Position numbers and translations under genes: made by a program
Notes under the pieces: model-generated
Seen by the model: only the letters and a program-made list of their open reading frames with translations
Database searches by the model: none
What the model was told of the DNA's origin: nothing
NCBI RefSeq assembly: GCF_963506605.1
Contig: NC_083276.1
Coordinates: 18,600,001-18,664,000 of the forward strand
DNA length: 64,000 bases
Origin: Zootoca vivipara
Lineage: Eukaryota
Reading direction: 5' to 3'
Shown here: positions 13,220 through 24,601 of the stretch, piece after piece
Layout of the letters: each line of letters starts with the position of its first letter
How positions within the stretch are numbered: position 1 is the first letter of the stretch

Positions 13220-13761
13220 GAGTGGTGCATGCTCTATTTATCCCTCGCTTGGACTACTGCAATGTGCTCTATGTGACCCGGAAACTACAACTAATCCAGA
13301 ATGCGGCAGCTAGACTGGTGATGGGGAGTGGATGCCGAGACCATATAACACTGGTCCTGAAAGACCTACAGTGGTTCCCGGTACATTTCCGAGCACAATT
13401 CAAAGTGATGATACTGGCATTTAAAGCCGTAAATGGCCTCGGCTCAGTATATCTGAAGGAGCATCTCCACCCCCGTCGTTCAGCCTCTTCCGGGGGTCGT
13501 CTGGCAGTTCCCTCCCTGCGAGAAGTGAGGTTGCAGGGAACCAGGCAGAGGGCCTTCTCAGTAGTGGTGCCAGCCTTGTGGAACGCCCTCCCATCAGATG
13601 TCAAGGAAATAAGTAACCACCTGACTTTTAGAAAACATCTGAGGGCAGTCCTGTTTAGGGAAGTTTTTTAATGTCTGATGTTTTATCATGTTTTTAATAT
13701 TCTGTTGGGAGCTGCCCAGAGTGGCTGCAGAAACTCAGCCAGATGGGCGGGGTATAAATAA

Positions 13762-13809
<48 letters not shown>

Positions 13810-13810
13810 A
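13220..13810 (+). mobile_element. L2 LINE 3' fragment
   Basis: RLDYCN..LQLIQNAAARLV..HIT.VLKDLQW.PV.FRAQFK..LWNALP with a (GTT)n tail. Confidence 0.92.
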
Positions 13811-16800
13811 CTGTAAGTGTCCTTTCCTTCATCCTGCAGATCATTTCACCTGTGGCCTGCACTTTGCAGCCTTCCCAGTTTCCCGCTCTTCAATTAAAGC
13901 CTAGGGAAATATATCAAGAGTTAACCTCTCCTTTTTCAGTTCAGGAAGCCCAAGCAACCAAGGAGGCTGCAGGCATGCGGGAGAAACTCAACCTAGGAGG
14001 TGCAAGATATAGATAATGGGAGATCGGAGAAGGAGGGTGTGAAATTGAGAGAGGGGCAGCAACTCTTTTTATGGCTACCAAACTGTTCCCAAATTTATAA
14101 GCATCTGCCACTGCCCTCCCCCCTCCACACACTATTTGTTTTCATAAATTAAAAGGTCTCAAATGCTTTACTCTTTCCATGAGTATTCCATTCTGATTAC
14201 CCTTTTGGGAACTTTTCGCTACCCAACAATATCCTTTTAGAGATGGGGCTACGAGAACTGTACCTCATATTCCAAGTGCAGCTACCCTGTAAATTCTACT
14301 GTGCTGACAGCTTTGTAGAAAGGCCCCTCCAGATGACCTATTTATGAAATATTCATCGGAAAGGATGATAGTTTATTGGCAGAACATCTGCTTTGAATGC
14401 AAAAGACCCCAGGTTCAACCCCTAGCATCCGCAGCTAGAGCTGGTAGTGACTCCTGCCTCAAACCCCACAGAGCAGCTGCAAGTTAGTAGAGACAGTATT
14501 GAGCTAGATGGACCAACGGTCTAAGGCAGTTTCCTGTAGTCCATCCTGATTTGCTTGCACAAAGCTTAGGAGAGGTTAGATCATATCGAGTCTTTATCGA
14601 GATTTTCCCCCAGATTTGTTTACAGGGCCCTTGTATGACAGTCAGCATTCATTCTGCATTCACCCTGATTTGTTTATGATGTGGGTGACGATCATTTGAA
14701 TTTATCAGTCACTTCCTGCCTAAAAGGTCTCCAAGCAATATCCATACATGTGTTATTCCATAAGAAAAAATAAAATTAAAATCAATATAGAACTAGGGGT
14801 GCCATATTTCCAAAAGTGAAAATCCGGACAGAGTTGTTGAGCTTTTTGGGGGGGGGGGAATCCTGCCACCTTCCCAAAGCCTGCCTGATTTTGAGAAAAG
14901 CTCTTGGATGCTTCCGCAACCCTGGCACTACTTCTCCACAGTGAGATCTGCCTGCATCTCCCTACCCCTCACTCCAAACTGAGCTGACTGGAGGCACGAC
15001 AGAAGCCCTTGAAGGGACGAGGGATTGCGTGCCAAGGCACCTGAGCCACAAAGTTCCCAGGAGAAAAATAAAGCACATGGACACAATGCATTTTGGTTTA
15101 TGGGTTCAAATAGGCCACAACGTTATTGGTTACAGATGTGAGCGGTTTGGCTTAGGCATTGGAGTGAAGCCAGGCTATATATTGACTCCTGCCCATCTGC
15201 AGGGAGTCCGCTTAAGGGTAAACCACCGAAAGGGGCGCCCTATGACTATCATCAAATAGGGGCACCCCAAGGGGTCCCCATAGGGGCTGTGACATGGCCC
15301 TAGCCTATGTCCAGGCTTCGGATAAGATTCACACACCAGATCACTTTAACAGGATACCCTTACTAAGGAGGGGCAAGCAAAGGCTACAACCTCTCCTCCA
15401 TCCAGACAAAGGCTTACAAAAGTTGTGATAATTGCTACTAGGTAGGCGAGGGTGCCGGCCAGCCGTGCCACAGTTAATCGCCCACAGCCACACCCACACT
15501 GAGAGCAGATTGGCTGGGGATGTCCAACAAGGGCACAACCCCAGCAACAATAACGTGGCCGGCATGATGCAGGGAAGAGGCAGCAGCCCTCTGCCCCTTA
15601 AGCCAGAATACTGTTGCGACCCGGCTGCCCAGCCACAACGCCGCCCACCAGGAAAAGGTGAGTGGACACCTGGGAAGCGGAGAAAGGGAGGGAATGGAAG
15701 AGGGATCCCAGCAGATAGAGAGAGAGGGAAGGAAAGGAAGGAAGGAAGAGGGTACGGAGGAAGAGGAGAGGGTGCTGGGGGTGGGGTGTCCAGGCAGGAG
15801 GCAGGAGGCAAAGGACTGAAAATCCCACACAATGGCAAGAGGCTGGGGTGGAGACAAGGGAATGCAGTGGCAGAGAAAGGGAGGGTGAGTATTTGCAGCA
15901 AGAGGAAAGCTCGTTTGGGGAAAGGTCAGGGAGCCAGCAAGATGTGGGTAAAGGAGGGAGGGGGAGAATTAAATCAATAAGTTCCAGTTGGAAGAAAGGA
16001 GGGTCTCCTTGAGCCAAATAAATCCTTGTTTTCTGGAGGGAGCCCACCAAAATGGGGGAGAAGGGGGGGATTGGATGGTTTGGATGGTTTCACGCCTTCC
16101 CAGTTGTCATTTGTTCATCCCACACTTTTCAGTGCATTTCCCCATTGCTTTCCAGTGTGCCAAGGTGTGTACATTTCCCAAAGCCCGTAGGGAAATAATG
16201 GCCAGAGAGTGTACAAAATTCAGTCAATAAATGTGGATTCCCCAAGGGGACAAAGTTCCCTCTTCATGGAAGGATTGTATGCACATTCTCCACAAGGCTT
16301 GGTGAATGTATACAAGTGGCTGGTTATTATGCACAATATCCACTCAACTTATAGTCCCCTTGCCATGCATGCATACAAACATAAGAGAGGTCTGTATGGA
16401 AAGCTATCGATCCGAGCTGCTTTATTTTTATAGCACCATTAGGAAGCATTAAAACACAAGATCACTGTAAAGGCCATTTCAGATAATGCCACGAACTGCT
16501 TTTATTTTCAGTTTATGAGATGAATATTTCAAAGTACTCATAGATTATTGTTAATTGTAATAAGTTCAAATAAAACTTGAGAAAACAGCTATCCCGTATC
16601 CGAAAGGAAAATATTTCCACAGTAGAGTTGGTAGCCAGAAGTCTCTCTCCACAGCTTTGTGAAAAGGTAGAGATTATTTTATTTCTTTAAGCTTTTCATT
16701 AGCCACTCTTCAGCCCAAGCTCTCCTGGTGGCTTACAAAATCTAACAATGAAAACCACAATTAATAAAACAAATATCATAAATAAACCACAGTTAAACAA

Positions 16801-16951
16801 AAGAAATGTAACCTGCCCCATGAGAGGGGAAGGAAGCAAACCTACTTATCCAGCCATCGCTTCATCTACAATACTGTCAGCAAGTAAATCTCTTCTCTGC
16901 TCCCCGGCTGCTGCCATTAAACTACCCTTTAACCTCTGGAATTCTCTAGAA

Positions 16952-17310
16952 CAGGGACGTCCAACTCCCAAGAGGCTGCGATCTACTCACAGAATAAAAA
17001 CAAATTGGCAATGATCTACCCCTTTTGGGGGGCGGGGTTGAGCTTTTTTTAAGGAGGTATGTTTACCTTTTTAGAAGGGCATGTCAAAAATGTTCATCTT
17101 TCTTTAGGAGGGAAAGGGGAAAGTCGCTCACCAAAAGATCAATCAGCGAAAACTCTGTCTTCCGTTCTAGAGATCATGTGCGAATGGAGGGCGGGGCGAG
17201 CGGGCAGGTCAGATCCTCCTCCCCCCCCCCGCAAAAGAAAAAGAGCCCGCAGTCGATCACGATCTACCCTAACCTACCGGGGATCTTAGTCAACCAGTTG
17301 GACATCCCTG
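16952..17310. mobile_element. Non-autonomous hAT element
   Basis: TIRs CAGGGACGTCCAAC / GTTGGACATCCCTG. Exact 8-bp TSD CTCTAGAA. Confidence 0.9.
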
Positions 17311-17477
17311 CTCTAGAACAACTGTGATTAGAGTGCCGGGCAGAAGCAGCTCATGGGATGAGGGAAGAGCTGTTCTGCTAACTTCCTGTCAGGTGGGTCT
17401 CTGCTTCTTACCAGGAGGGAGAGGGGCAGGACAAAGCACTGGGGAGGCTGGCATGGTGCAAACACACTAGCAAGAGC

Positions 17478-17692
17478 CAGTGGCGAAGCTGCATGCTCCG
17501 CTACCGGGAGCGGAGAGAAGGCGGGGGTATGACTGGTGCCCCCTGGAGGGCGTGGCACACTTTCTGGGGGCATGGTGTCCGGCGCACGGGAGTGCATGGC
17601 ATGTGTCTGGGGGGCTGCCAGGATGGCACCCTACCAGAATAGTGGTGCCAGGGGTGGTCCACTCCCTCCACACTCCCGTTCCTCCACCAGTG
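17478..17692. mobile_element. Non-autonomous hAT-like element
   Basis: CAGTGGCG left end. Flanks GCAAGAGC / GCAGGAGC give a 7/8 TSD match. Confidence 0.65.
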
Positions 17693-17737
17693 GCAGGAGC
17701 ACCAAAATGGTTCCAGCATTTGCAAACCTCCCAAGGA

Positions 17738-17865
17738 CCCACTCTGAATCTCAGGGTCATGAGTTCAAGCCCCATGTTGGGCAAAAAGATTCCTGCATTT
17801 CAGGTTGTTTGGACTAGATGACCCTTGCTGTCTCTTCCAGCTCTACGATGTTGTGATTCTGTCAT
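17738..17865 (+). mobile_element. tRNA-derived SINE with CR1-like tail
   Basis: AATCTCAGGGTCATGAGTTCAAGCCCC (B-box-like) followed by GATTCCTGCATT..GGACTAGATGACC..CTCTACGAT. Confidence 0.7.
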
Positions 17866-18468
17866 TCTATTCAAAATAAAATTAAACCAAATCAGTGTTC
17901 TGATGTAGCAACACTCTGGGGGAACTGGGGGAAATTGAAATGGCACCACTCAGAGTCCAGCAGTAAGGAGCGGCGCTGCTGCTCCTGCTCCTGCCTGAAG
18001 CCTACTGAGGTAGGATGGGGTCCCCAGAAAGCATCCGACAAAGGCCCACTCTAGCCTCTCTGAGAACAGAGAGTGGCTGGAGCTGCTGATGGCGGAAAAA
18101 AGGACTGGCGAGTGAGAAGGGTCAGCGCCATCTTTTTATATGCTAAAGAGGTAAGATTCCCCAGCCCTGCTTTATATGCAAACAAGGTAGACACACGAGC
18201 GATCTGCAGTGAGGGGCAGGCATATGACCTGAAAAGGGGACATTTGCATATGCTAATTGATATGCAAAGATGCAAATTTGGAAACAAGCGCTGTCATTTA
18301 AGCAGAAATACAATGCATCTCACCCTAGAGAGAAGGACCAGGGGACCTGTGGATCCCTGCTCAGCCTGCTGACCGAGTTTTAATCTGTGGGTGGGCAACT
18401 TGGAGACTATTTCCTGCTCTCCCTTCTGAGGGTTCTTGAGCTTTAAACTGGACATGGACCAGGAAACC

Positions 18469-18949
18469 TGTCAGGGGGACTCCGTACAGGCACCCTCCCC
18501 CAGTCATCCTGACCAGCACTTTGCCCAGTGACAGCGCTAGCAGCGGGTCAGGAGGAGGGAATGAGGAATGGAGCGGAGTGGGGAGGGGGCTCTCAGACGT
18601 GTCAGAGCCAAGGCACCGACCCAGCTGGCCAGAGGAGGAAGGACAGCGCAGCGAGGTGCCGGAGCCTCTGCAATGCTCTAGCCAAAGGGCGGAAGAAGGA
18701 ATGCAGCCCCTTCCAGTGCCCGAATTGAGGCGCACACCCACACGCAGGACTAGGGGGAGGCGCTTTGGGGTGCCCAGGCTTTTATACTGGTCCAAGACGC
18801 GAAGGAAGCCATTGCCGGGTTCTGAATCGGACTAGGCAGTCATGTTTTCTGATATCTCTGCACTGTAAATAATATGCACAATAAAACTCTTAAAGACAGA
18901 GCGGACTGGAGCGTCTTTACTCGAGAGTAGCTGCAACAATCCCCTGGCA
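18469..18949 (+). mobile_element. Solo LTR (Gypsy/ERV type), 481 bp
   Basis: TGTCAGGG...CCCTGGCA termini, exact 5-bp TSD AAACC, and AATAAA near the 3' end. Confidence 0.85.
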
Positions 18950-19759
18950 AAACCTTTCAAACAGAGTTCTTCAAATAGAGGGCTGTCCTCTGTACTGTAA
19001 GACACGTGGTCACATGATGAGCCATGGCTCCGTCTCCTCTGGTCTGACCCCAAGTATCTGGATTCCCCTGATGTTCTTCGCTGCAGAATTCATCGGAGTG
19101 CCTTGCCTGCATGCGCCGCCACGTATGACGCATGCGTTGCTACGTAGTGATGATGCGCATGCGCGCTGCGTAGCAGGGTGCCAGCGCCGCCGGTCACACT
19201 GCCCCCAAAAAATACGGAGCTAGGAGCAGGCCGCCCCCTCCTCTTCCCCCTTGCTACGCCCCTGGCCAGAACTCACCTTGAATACCTCCCTTGCTCTCTT
19301 ATAATAGCAGTGGTGCACACCTGAGAGGTGCTGGAACTAAGTTCCGGTGAGTTCTGGCTGGGGGAAAAAAGTTCAGTGCAAGATTATATACACCATGACA
19401 GTTGGGCATGCCCTACACTGCTGGGGTGTGAGTAATCACATCTCTGGCCATTTCACTGCACCTTCTCTGATTAGGCACTGCCAAGATACATGGTACATGT
19501 TTTGTGGGGTTTACAGAGAACAATATTACATGTGATTCCCCCTCAATAATCTTCACACAGGAAAACGCTGTACACACCTTTTAATTATGAAACACGGCGC
19601 AAGTAATTCACCCTGCTAGAGGCATGTGAGAGAAGAAGCTGCGTACACAACGCCTGCTCGTCATGAGCTGATCCTATGTGTACTACCCTAAAAAGCTCAT
19701 TAATACATAAAGATTAATGAGGGTTGCGAACGGACCTCTAAGAAATGAGTGTGGGTGTT

Positions 19760-19895
19760 GGGGGGCGGGCTTAAGCCCACCGGGAGCGGCTGATTGGAGG
19801 GCGGCGAGTTGCTGGGGTAAATAGGATGTATCTATTCTTTGATTGACAGGGGAAGGCTTTAAATACTCAGCGTGTTGGGACGATCGCCATTCTTG
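19760..19895 (+). promoter_or_regulatory. Internal Pol II promoter of the retroelement
   Basis: GC box GGGGCGGG at 19762-19769, reverse CCAAT (ATTGG) at 19793-19797, TATA-like TTTAAATA at 19858-19865, and Inr-consensus CCATTCT at 19887-19893 about 30 nt further downstream. Confidence 0.6.
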
Positions 19896-21343
19896 CTATT
19901 GATTTAATCTTGGCAAGGAGCGGATCGTTTGCTGGCTGCTGCAGCGCATCAAAACGGTTGTATTTGCATTTCTTTTCCTTATTTCTTCCTCCTTTGTTAT
20001 TAGCCTTTAGTTGTTAGCTTTCCTTCACGTTTAGTTTAATTTGCCCCCCCTTTTTTCTTTTCCCTTCCCCTCCCGATTCCCTCCCCCTCCCCCCCTTTTT
20101 TGCTAGAAGCGCCTAGCAGCCCGGTCTCGGCTGCAGAGGCTTGAATTTCTTTGAGTGGAGGTGTTTTGTCCCCCTTTTTTCGGCCAGTTTGCGGGGGGGG
20201 GGCGTTCCTTCTCCCCCTTGCGACCGCGTCGTGGTGCGCTAGGCGCAGGAGGGGGGGTTTCCGAAGCAGCCGTTTGTTACCTTCCGGACTGCGGCACGCT
20301 TCGCTCCAGCTAGGTCTTTTTACGCTCCCGGGGCTTGTAAGCGCAATCGGGAGCGTGTCCAGTGCCTCCCCGCCTCCCCGCCGCGTTGGGGGTGCTCGTT
20401 TGGGGCTTCTCGGGGGGCTGCCTGGGTTCTGGGCCAGTCCTCGGCCCCGGCGCCCTCCGTGGGAGGCTCGGGCGGGCCCTCCCTTGCGGCGCGGCTCCGT
20501 TGTGCGCTCATCAGCTGGCTGGCGGTGTGGGGGCGTATTTCTCGCCGCGGCGAGACGCCGCGGGCTTGATTGGGGCCTGGTGGCCTTGGAGGCCGAGGGC
20601 GGGGTCGCGTGCGGCCTAGCGGGCCCGCGGCCTTGGTTTGGGGACCGCCTGCTGCCTTTCTCCCTTCCTGCCAGCCCTCCCACGGCCGGGCGCCCCCCCC
20701 TTACCGCCGCTGCGTTTTCCGGTGGTGGGGAGGGTTGCCCCTTCAAACTCCTAGGCCCCTTCTGGGCCTGCCGTGGGCGGTGGCTGGCTTGGGGAGGCCG
20801 GCGGGTGGGCCCCTCGGCTAGGCCTAGTAAGCCCCGGCCTGGATTTTCTCTCCCGGGCTTCTCCTGGGAGCTAAAGAGGCCGGGTTTTCCCCATTCTGTT
20901 AGTGCGAGTTTCTTGCTGCTCTGGCCCAGTGCTCCCCCTGGTTGCGCCTGCCTGCATCGCAGGCTGATTTAATTTTATTACTTTAACCACGGCTTTATTC
21001 TAGCTGATTCCCTTGCCGCTCCACTGGGTGGGTGGTTTAGCCGATTTGTTGCAAGGAATTGATTGGTCTTTCTCAGTTTCAGTGCCAGTTGCTGTGTATT
21101 TTCGAACAGGCCTCATACGATTCCTGAGTCATTCTCGGGAGCGGCAGCCATTTTGTGTGCTTCCTCTTCGGCGGACGCCATTTTGTGTGAGCCCAGCTCA
21201 CCCCCCCCCCCCCCCTTGTTTTCAGGTTCCTCCTATTATTGGAACCTGCCAGTGCTACCTCTGTTTGGCTTTGTGGGTTATTTAATTCTCTGGTTGCTCA
21301 CTTGTTGATCTGTTAGTCTGCTATTTTGCAGGAGTGTTCCACC

Positions 21344-24300
21344 ATGGCTGAGAGACAGGAGGGCGCACAGCCACCCACGGAGGCGCAATCCAAGAGGGTC
21401 ATTAAGGGTCCTTCACAGGCCCTTCGCTCTCCTCCTGCGGTGTCGTCGGCGGGTCGCGTGCAGGCCTTTTTAGCCAGCATTGCGGGTGATGCTCAGGCCT
21501 TGGCCAGTTTTGGCTCTGGCTTGGACGCACTCATGCGACAGACCACTATGGCTTCAGCTTCAATGTCAGGCGCACCATCGGCTTCCACCTCAGCTGCAGC
21601 TTCCGCTACCTTTACGACGGTGGCACAGGTCCACGCCCCGGCCCAGTCAGAGGTGCCGCCTAGGGAGACGGCTGCCTCCCCCTCAGTAATTCCAGAATCC
21701 CCTCCCGAATTGTCCTCTTCGGATGAGGACAATGTTGTACACCCTTCAGGGGTGATAACAACATCCACTCAGGTTGGTCCTGCGGTACTTCTTCCGTCCC
21801 CCCCATCAGTCGCTAGCAAGAAGAAGGTGCCGCAGGCCCGCGGGCCTGCCAAAAGGCAGGCCAAAAAGAAGGGTGTCTCGGGGTCAGGGGGGGCCGTGCA
21901 AGCTGCGGCGTTGCCCGCTCCCGTTTCCTCTCTTGTTGTCTCTCCTCAGGTGGCGCTTCCGCTAGAGGGGCAGGACCTATCCTCCACGTCTTCGGCCGAG
22001 GACGCGTTGCCTGTGCCGGATAAGACCTCGCTCGGCGGGAAGCGTCGTCATAAGAAGAGGTCTAAGAAGCGAGCTAAGCGTCGCAAGGACGACACTTCGG
22101 CGACCTCTTCGACAGGTTCGTCCACTTCTGACGCGGAATCTGACGCTTCAATGGGCCTCTATTGGGGGTACGGTGAACGGGCTGGAGGCTTCCCTCTTTG
22201 GGTTTGGAAACGTAGAGCCAACTCTCACCGCGCACGCTACGGTGCGGTGCAAGATTGTTTAAATGGCACACTTCTCCCCGAGGTCACAGTGTCCACAAAT
22301 AGGGCCAGGGACATCATCCCTGGCAGTCATCTATCCTCAAGATTGCTGTCTCGCATTCTTGATGGGCGTTTCGTAGACATATTTGAACTGGCCCCCCCAG
22401 AGGAAGAGGTCCCGGTCCAGGGTAGGCAGGTGCCAGCACCAAGGAAGGGGGTCCAGTCTCGCAAGGTTGAGAGGACTTTTGAGAGATGGTTGGATTGCTT
22501 TCAGGTCTTCGCAGGTGTCGTGGTGGCTGCCTACCCTCGCCGGGCAGTCCACCTTATCGTATATTTGTCAATTGTGCGCTCTGCGTATACAATGGCGGGC
22601 GAGGCGGCGGCTATAGCGTATGACGAACGCTTTCGCCGCCGGGCCGCCAAGATCAATTCGGCAAGATGGGACAGGAAAGACCTCGATGTTTGGACCACTT
22701 ACGTGGCTCCGCTCGTCGAGAAAAAACCGACGGAGCAACCAAAGCCAAAATCAACCCCCCAAAAGCCGGTTTCCAAGCTGGTTTGTTGGGATTTTAACAA
22801 AGGGCTGTGTCAGCGTCAGCCTTGCAGATTTGCGCATCACTGTGATCGTTGTGGCGGGAATCACCCTGCAACTTCCTGTTTTGGGGGTCGGCGGCCCTTT
22901 CGGGGCGGAAGGGGGGGTTACAAGTCATCTACGAGGGGGGCTCACCTTGCCCTCCCCGCTCCCCCTCCCCCCCGGCAGCCGCAGCCTCCAGCAGATCTTA
23001 AGTTCTCTTTGGCCTTTTCTCCCATTAAGCTCTCTCCCCTTCTAGAATGGTTGAATCGCTATCCCAATGCCGGAGCGGCGGCTTACCTGAGGGACGGTTT
23101 CTCTTTTGGATTTCAGATTCCAGTGGCATCGCGTCCCGTTGCGCGGAATCCTTTGAACCAGAAGTCGGTGAGGGAGATGTCAGGGGTGGCAAGGAGGAAG
23201 ATCGATAAGGAAATTGCCCTTAATCGCATAGCCGGTCCCTTTGAGGCCCCTCCTTTCCCCAACCTGCATCTCTCTCCCCTAGGCATCGTTCCCAAAAAAG
23301 CTCCGGGGGAATTTCGCTTGATTCATAATTTATCGCACCCTAAAGGGTCCTCAGTTAACGATATGATTCCCCCTGAGCTTTGTTCGGTAAAGTACGCTTC
23401 TCTGGACCAGGCGGTCGAAATAGTGCGAAAATTTGGCCCCGGGGCATTGCTTGCAAAATGTGACATCGAATCAGCTTTTCGCCTCCTTCCCATCCACCCT
23501 AGTGATTTTTGGCTTTTGGGCTTTCAGTTTGAAGGCGCATTTTATTTTGATAAGGCTATGCCAATGGGCTGCTCAGTAGCCTGCGCTGCCTTCGAAAGTT
23601 TCAGCACATTCTTGGAGTGGGCCCTCCGTTTTAGGACCGGTTTGGAGGGGGTCACGCATTATCTCGATGATTTTTTATTATCGGGCGCCTCTAACACGGG
23701 CGATTGCGTGGCCCTGTTGCAGGCTTTTGCTGCCCTCACGAAAGAATTGGGTGTCCCCCTGGCCGGTGAAAAAACGGAGGGTCCCACTACTAGGCTAACC
23801 TATTTGGGTATCCTATTGGATACCGTGGCCCAGACTTCATCACTGCCTCCGGAGAAGATTGTTAAATTGAAGGGCGTCATCGAGGAGGTTTTATCAGTTA
23901 AAAAAGTCACTTTGCGACAATTACAGTCTTTGCTTGGCCATCTTAACTTCGCGTGCAGAGTTGTGGCGCCTGGGCGCCCTTTCTGCGCGCGTTTGAACAA
24001 ACGCACAGTGGGTCTTCGCTCCCCGCATCAGCATGTGCGTTTGCACCAGGGCGAGAAGGCCGATCTTAGGATGTGGCTTGAGTTTTTGAATGATTTTAAC
24101 GGGGTGTCCTTGTGGCAGGATGTCTTGACCCTGCACAACGACTTTCAAGTCAATTCTGATGCGGCTGGGTCCTTAGGTTTCGGTTTATTTTGGAATGGCA
24201 GGTGGTGCGCTCAGCGCTGGCCTCCTGCGTGGCAGGGGACGGCCATCACGCGGGACTTAACTTTCCTTGAGTTTTTTCCGATAGTTGTGGCTGTTCACCT

Positions 24301-24601
24301 GTGGGTCGAGGACTTCAGAGACCATCGCATTTGCTTTTGGTCAGATAATCATGCTGTTGTTGACGTCCTTGCAAAACAATCATCAAGGTCCCCTCGGGTA
24401 TCTGCCCTTCTCAGGGCTGTCGTTTTACAATGTTTACGTTTCAATATAGCTTTTACAGCGCGTTTTATTCCGGGACTGTCTAATGATATTGCTGATGCTT
24501 TGTCCCGTTTCCAGATGGAGCGATTTTGGTCCCTGGTTCCGGACGCCCAGACGCAGCCGGAATATTTCCCGGAAAGGCTGTGGAACCTTGGGAGCTCCTA
24601 G
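21344..24601 (+). CDS. Gag-like + reverse transcriptase + RNase H polyprotein (1085 aa)
   Basis: ATG in a strong Kozak context (CCACCATGG). Ser/Pro-rich N-terminus, basic NLS-like KRRHKKRSKKRAKRRK, and Cys/His finger CWDFNKGLCQRQPCRFAHHCDRCGGNHPATSC (22784-22879). RT motifs FRLIHNLS, KCDIESAFR, MPMG and YLDD (23660-23671). RNase H motifs SDAAG, LEFFPI, SDN and ADALSR. Confidence 0.95.
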   Translation: MAERQEGAQPPTEAQSKRVIKGPSQALRSPPAVSSAGRVQAFLASIAGDAQALASFGSGLDALMRQTTMASASMSGAPSASTSAAASATFTTVAQVHAPAQSEVPPRETAASPSVIPESPPELSSSDEDNVVHPSGVITTSTQVGPAVLLPSPPSVASKKKVPQARGPAKRQAKKKGVSGSGGAVQAAALPAPVSSLVVSPQVALPLEGQDLSSTSSAEDALPVPDKTSLGGKRRHKKRSKKRAKRRKDDTSATSSTGSSTSDAESDASMGLYWGYGERAGGFPLWVWKRRANSHRARYGAVQDCLNGTLLPEVTVSTNRARDIIPGSHLSSRLLSRILDGRFVDIFELAPPEEEVPVQGRQVPAPRKGVQSRKVERTFERWLDCFQVFAGVVVAAYPRRAVHLIVYLSIVRSAYTMAGEAAAIAYDERFRRRAAKINSARWDRKDLDVWTTYVAPLVEKKPTEQPKPKSTPQKPVSKLVCWDFNKGLCQRQPCRFAHHCDRCGGNHPATSCFGGRRPFRGGRGGYKSSTRGAHLALPAPPPPRQPQPPADLKFSLAFSPIKLSPLLEWLNRYPNAGAAAYLRDGFSFGFQIPVASRPVARNPLNQKSVREMSGVARRKIDKEIALNRIAGPFEAPPFPNLHLSPLGIVPKKAPGEFRLIHNLSHPKGSSVNDMIPPELCSVKYASLDQAVEIVRKFGPGALLAKCDIESAFRLLPIHPSDFWLLGFQFEGAFYFDKAMPMGCSVACAAFESFSTFLEWALRFRTGLEGVTHYLDDFLLSGASNTGDCVALLQAFAALTKELGVPLAGEKTEGPTTRLTYLGILLDTVAQTSSLPPEKIVKLKGVIEEVLSVKKVTLRQLQSLLGHLNFACRVVAPGRPFCARLNKRTVGLRSPHQHVRLHQGEKADLRMWLEFLNDFNGVSLWQDVLTLHNDFQVNSDAAGSLGFGLFWNGRWCAQRWPPAWQGTAITRDLTFLEFFPIVVAVHLWVEDFRDHRICFWSDNHAVVDVLAKQSSRSPRVSALLRAVVLQCLRFNIAFTARFIPGLSNDIADALSRFQMERFWSLVPDAQTQPEYFPERLWNLGSS

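Noticed and set aside
15290-16050. Purine-rich region with 130-186 aa ORFs, possibly an LTR remnant
   Set aside because: No protein motifs, and I could not define termini or a TSD.
20036-20972. ORFs of 236 and 273 aa in the retroelement leader
   Set aside because: No ATG, low-complexity Arg/Gly/Pro content and no domain motifs; expected in A-poor GC-rich DNA.
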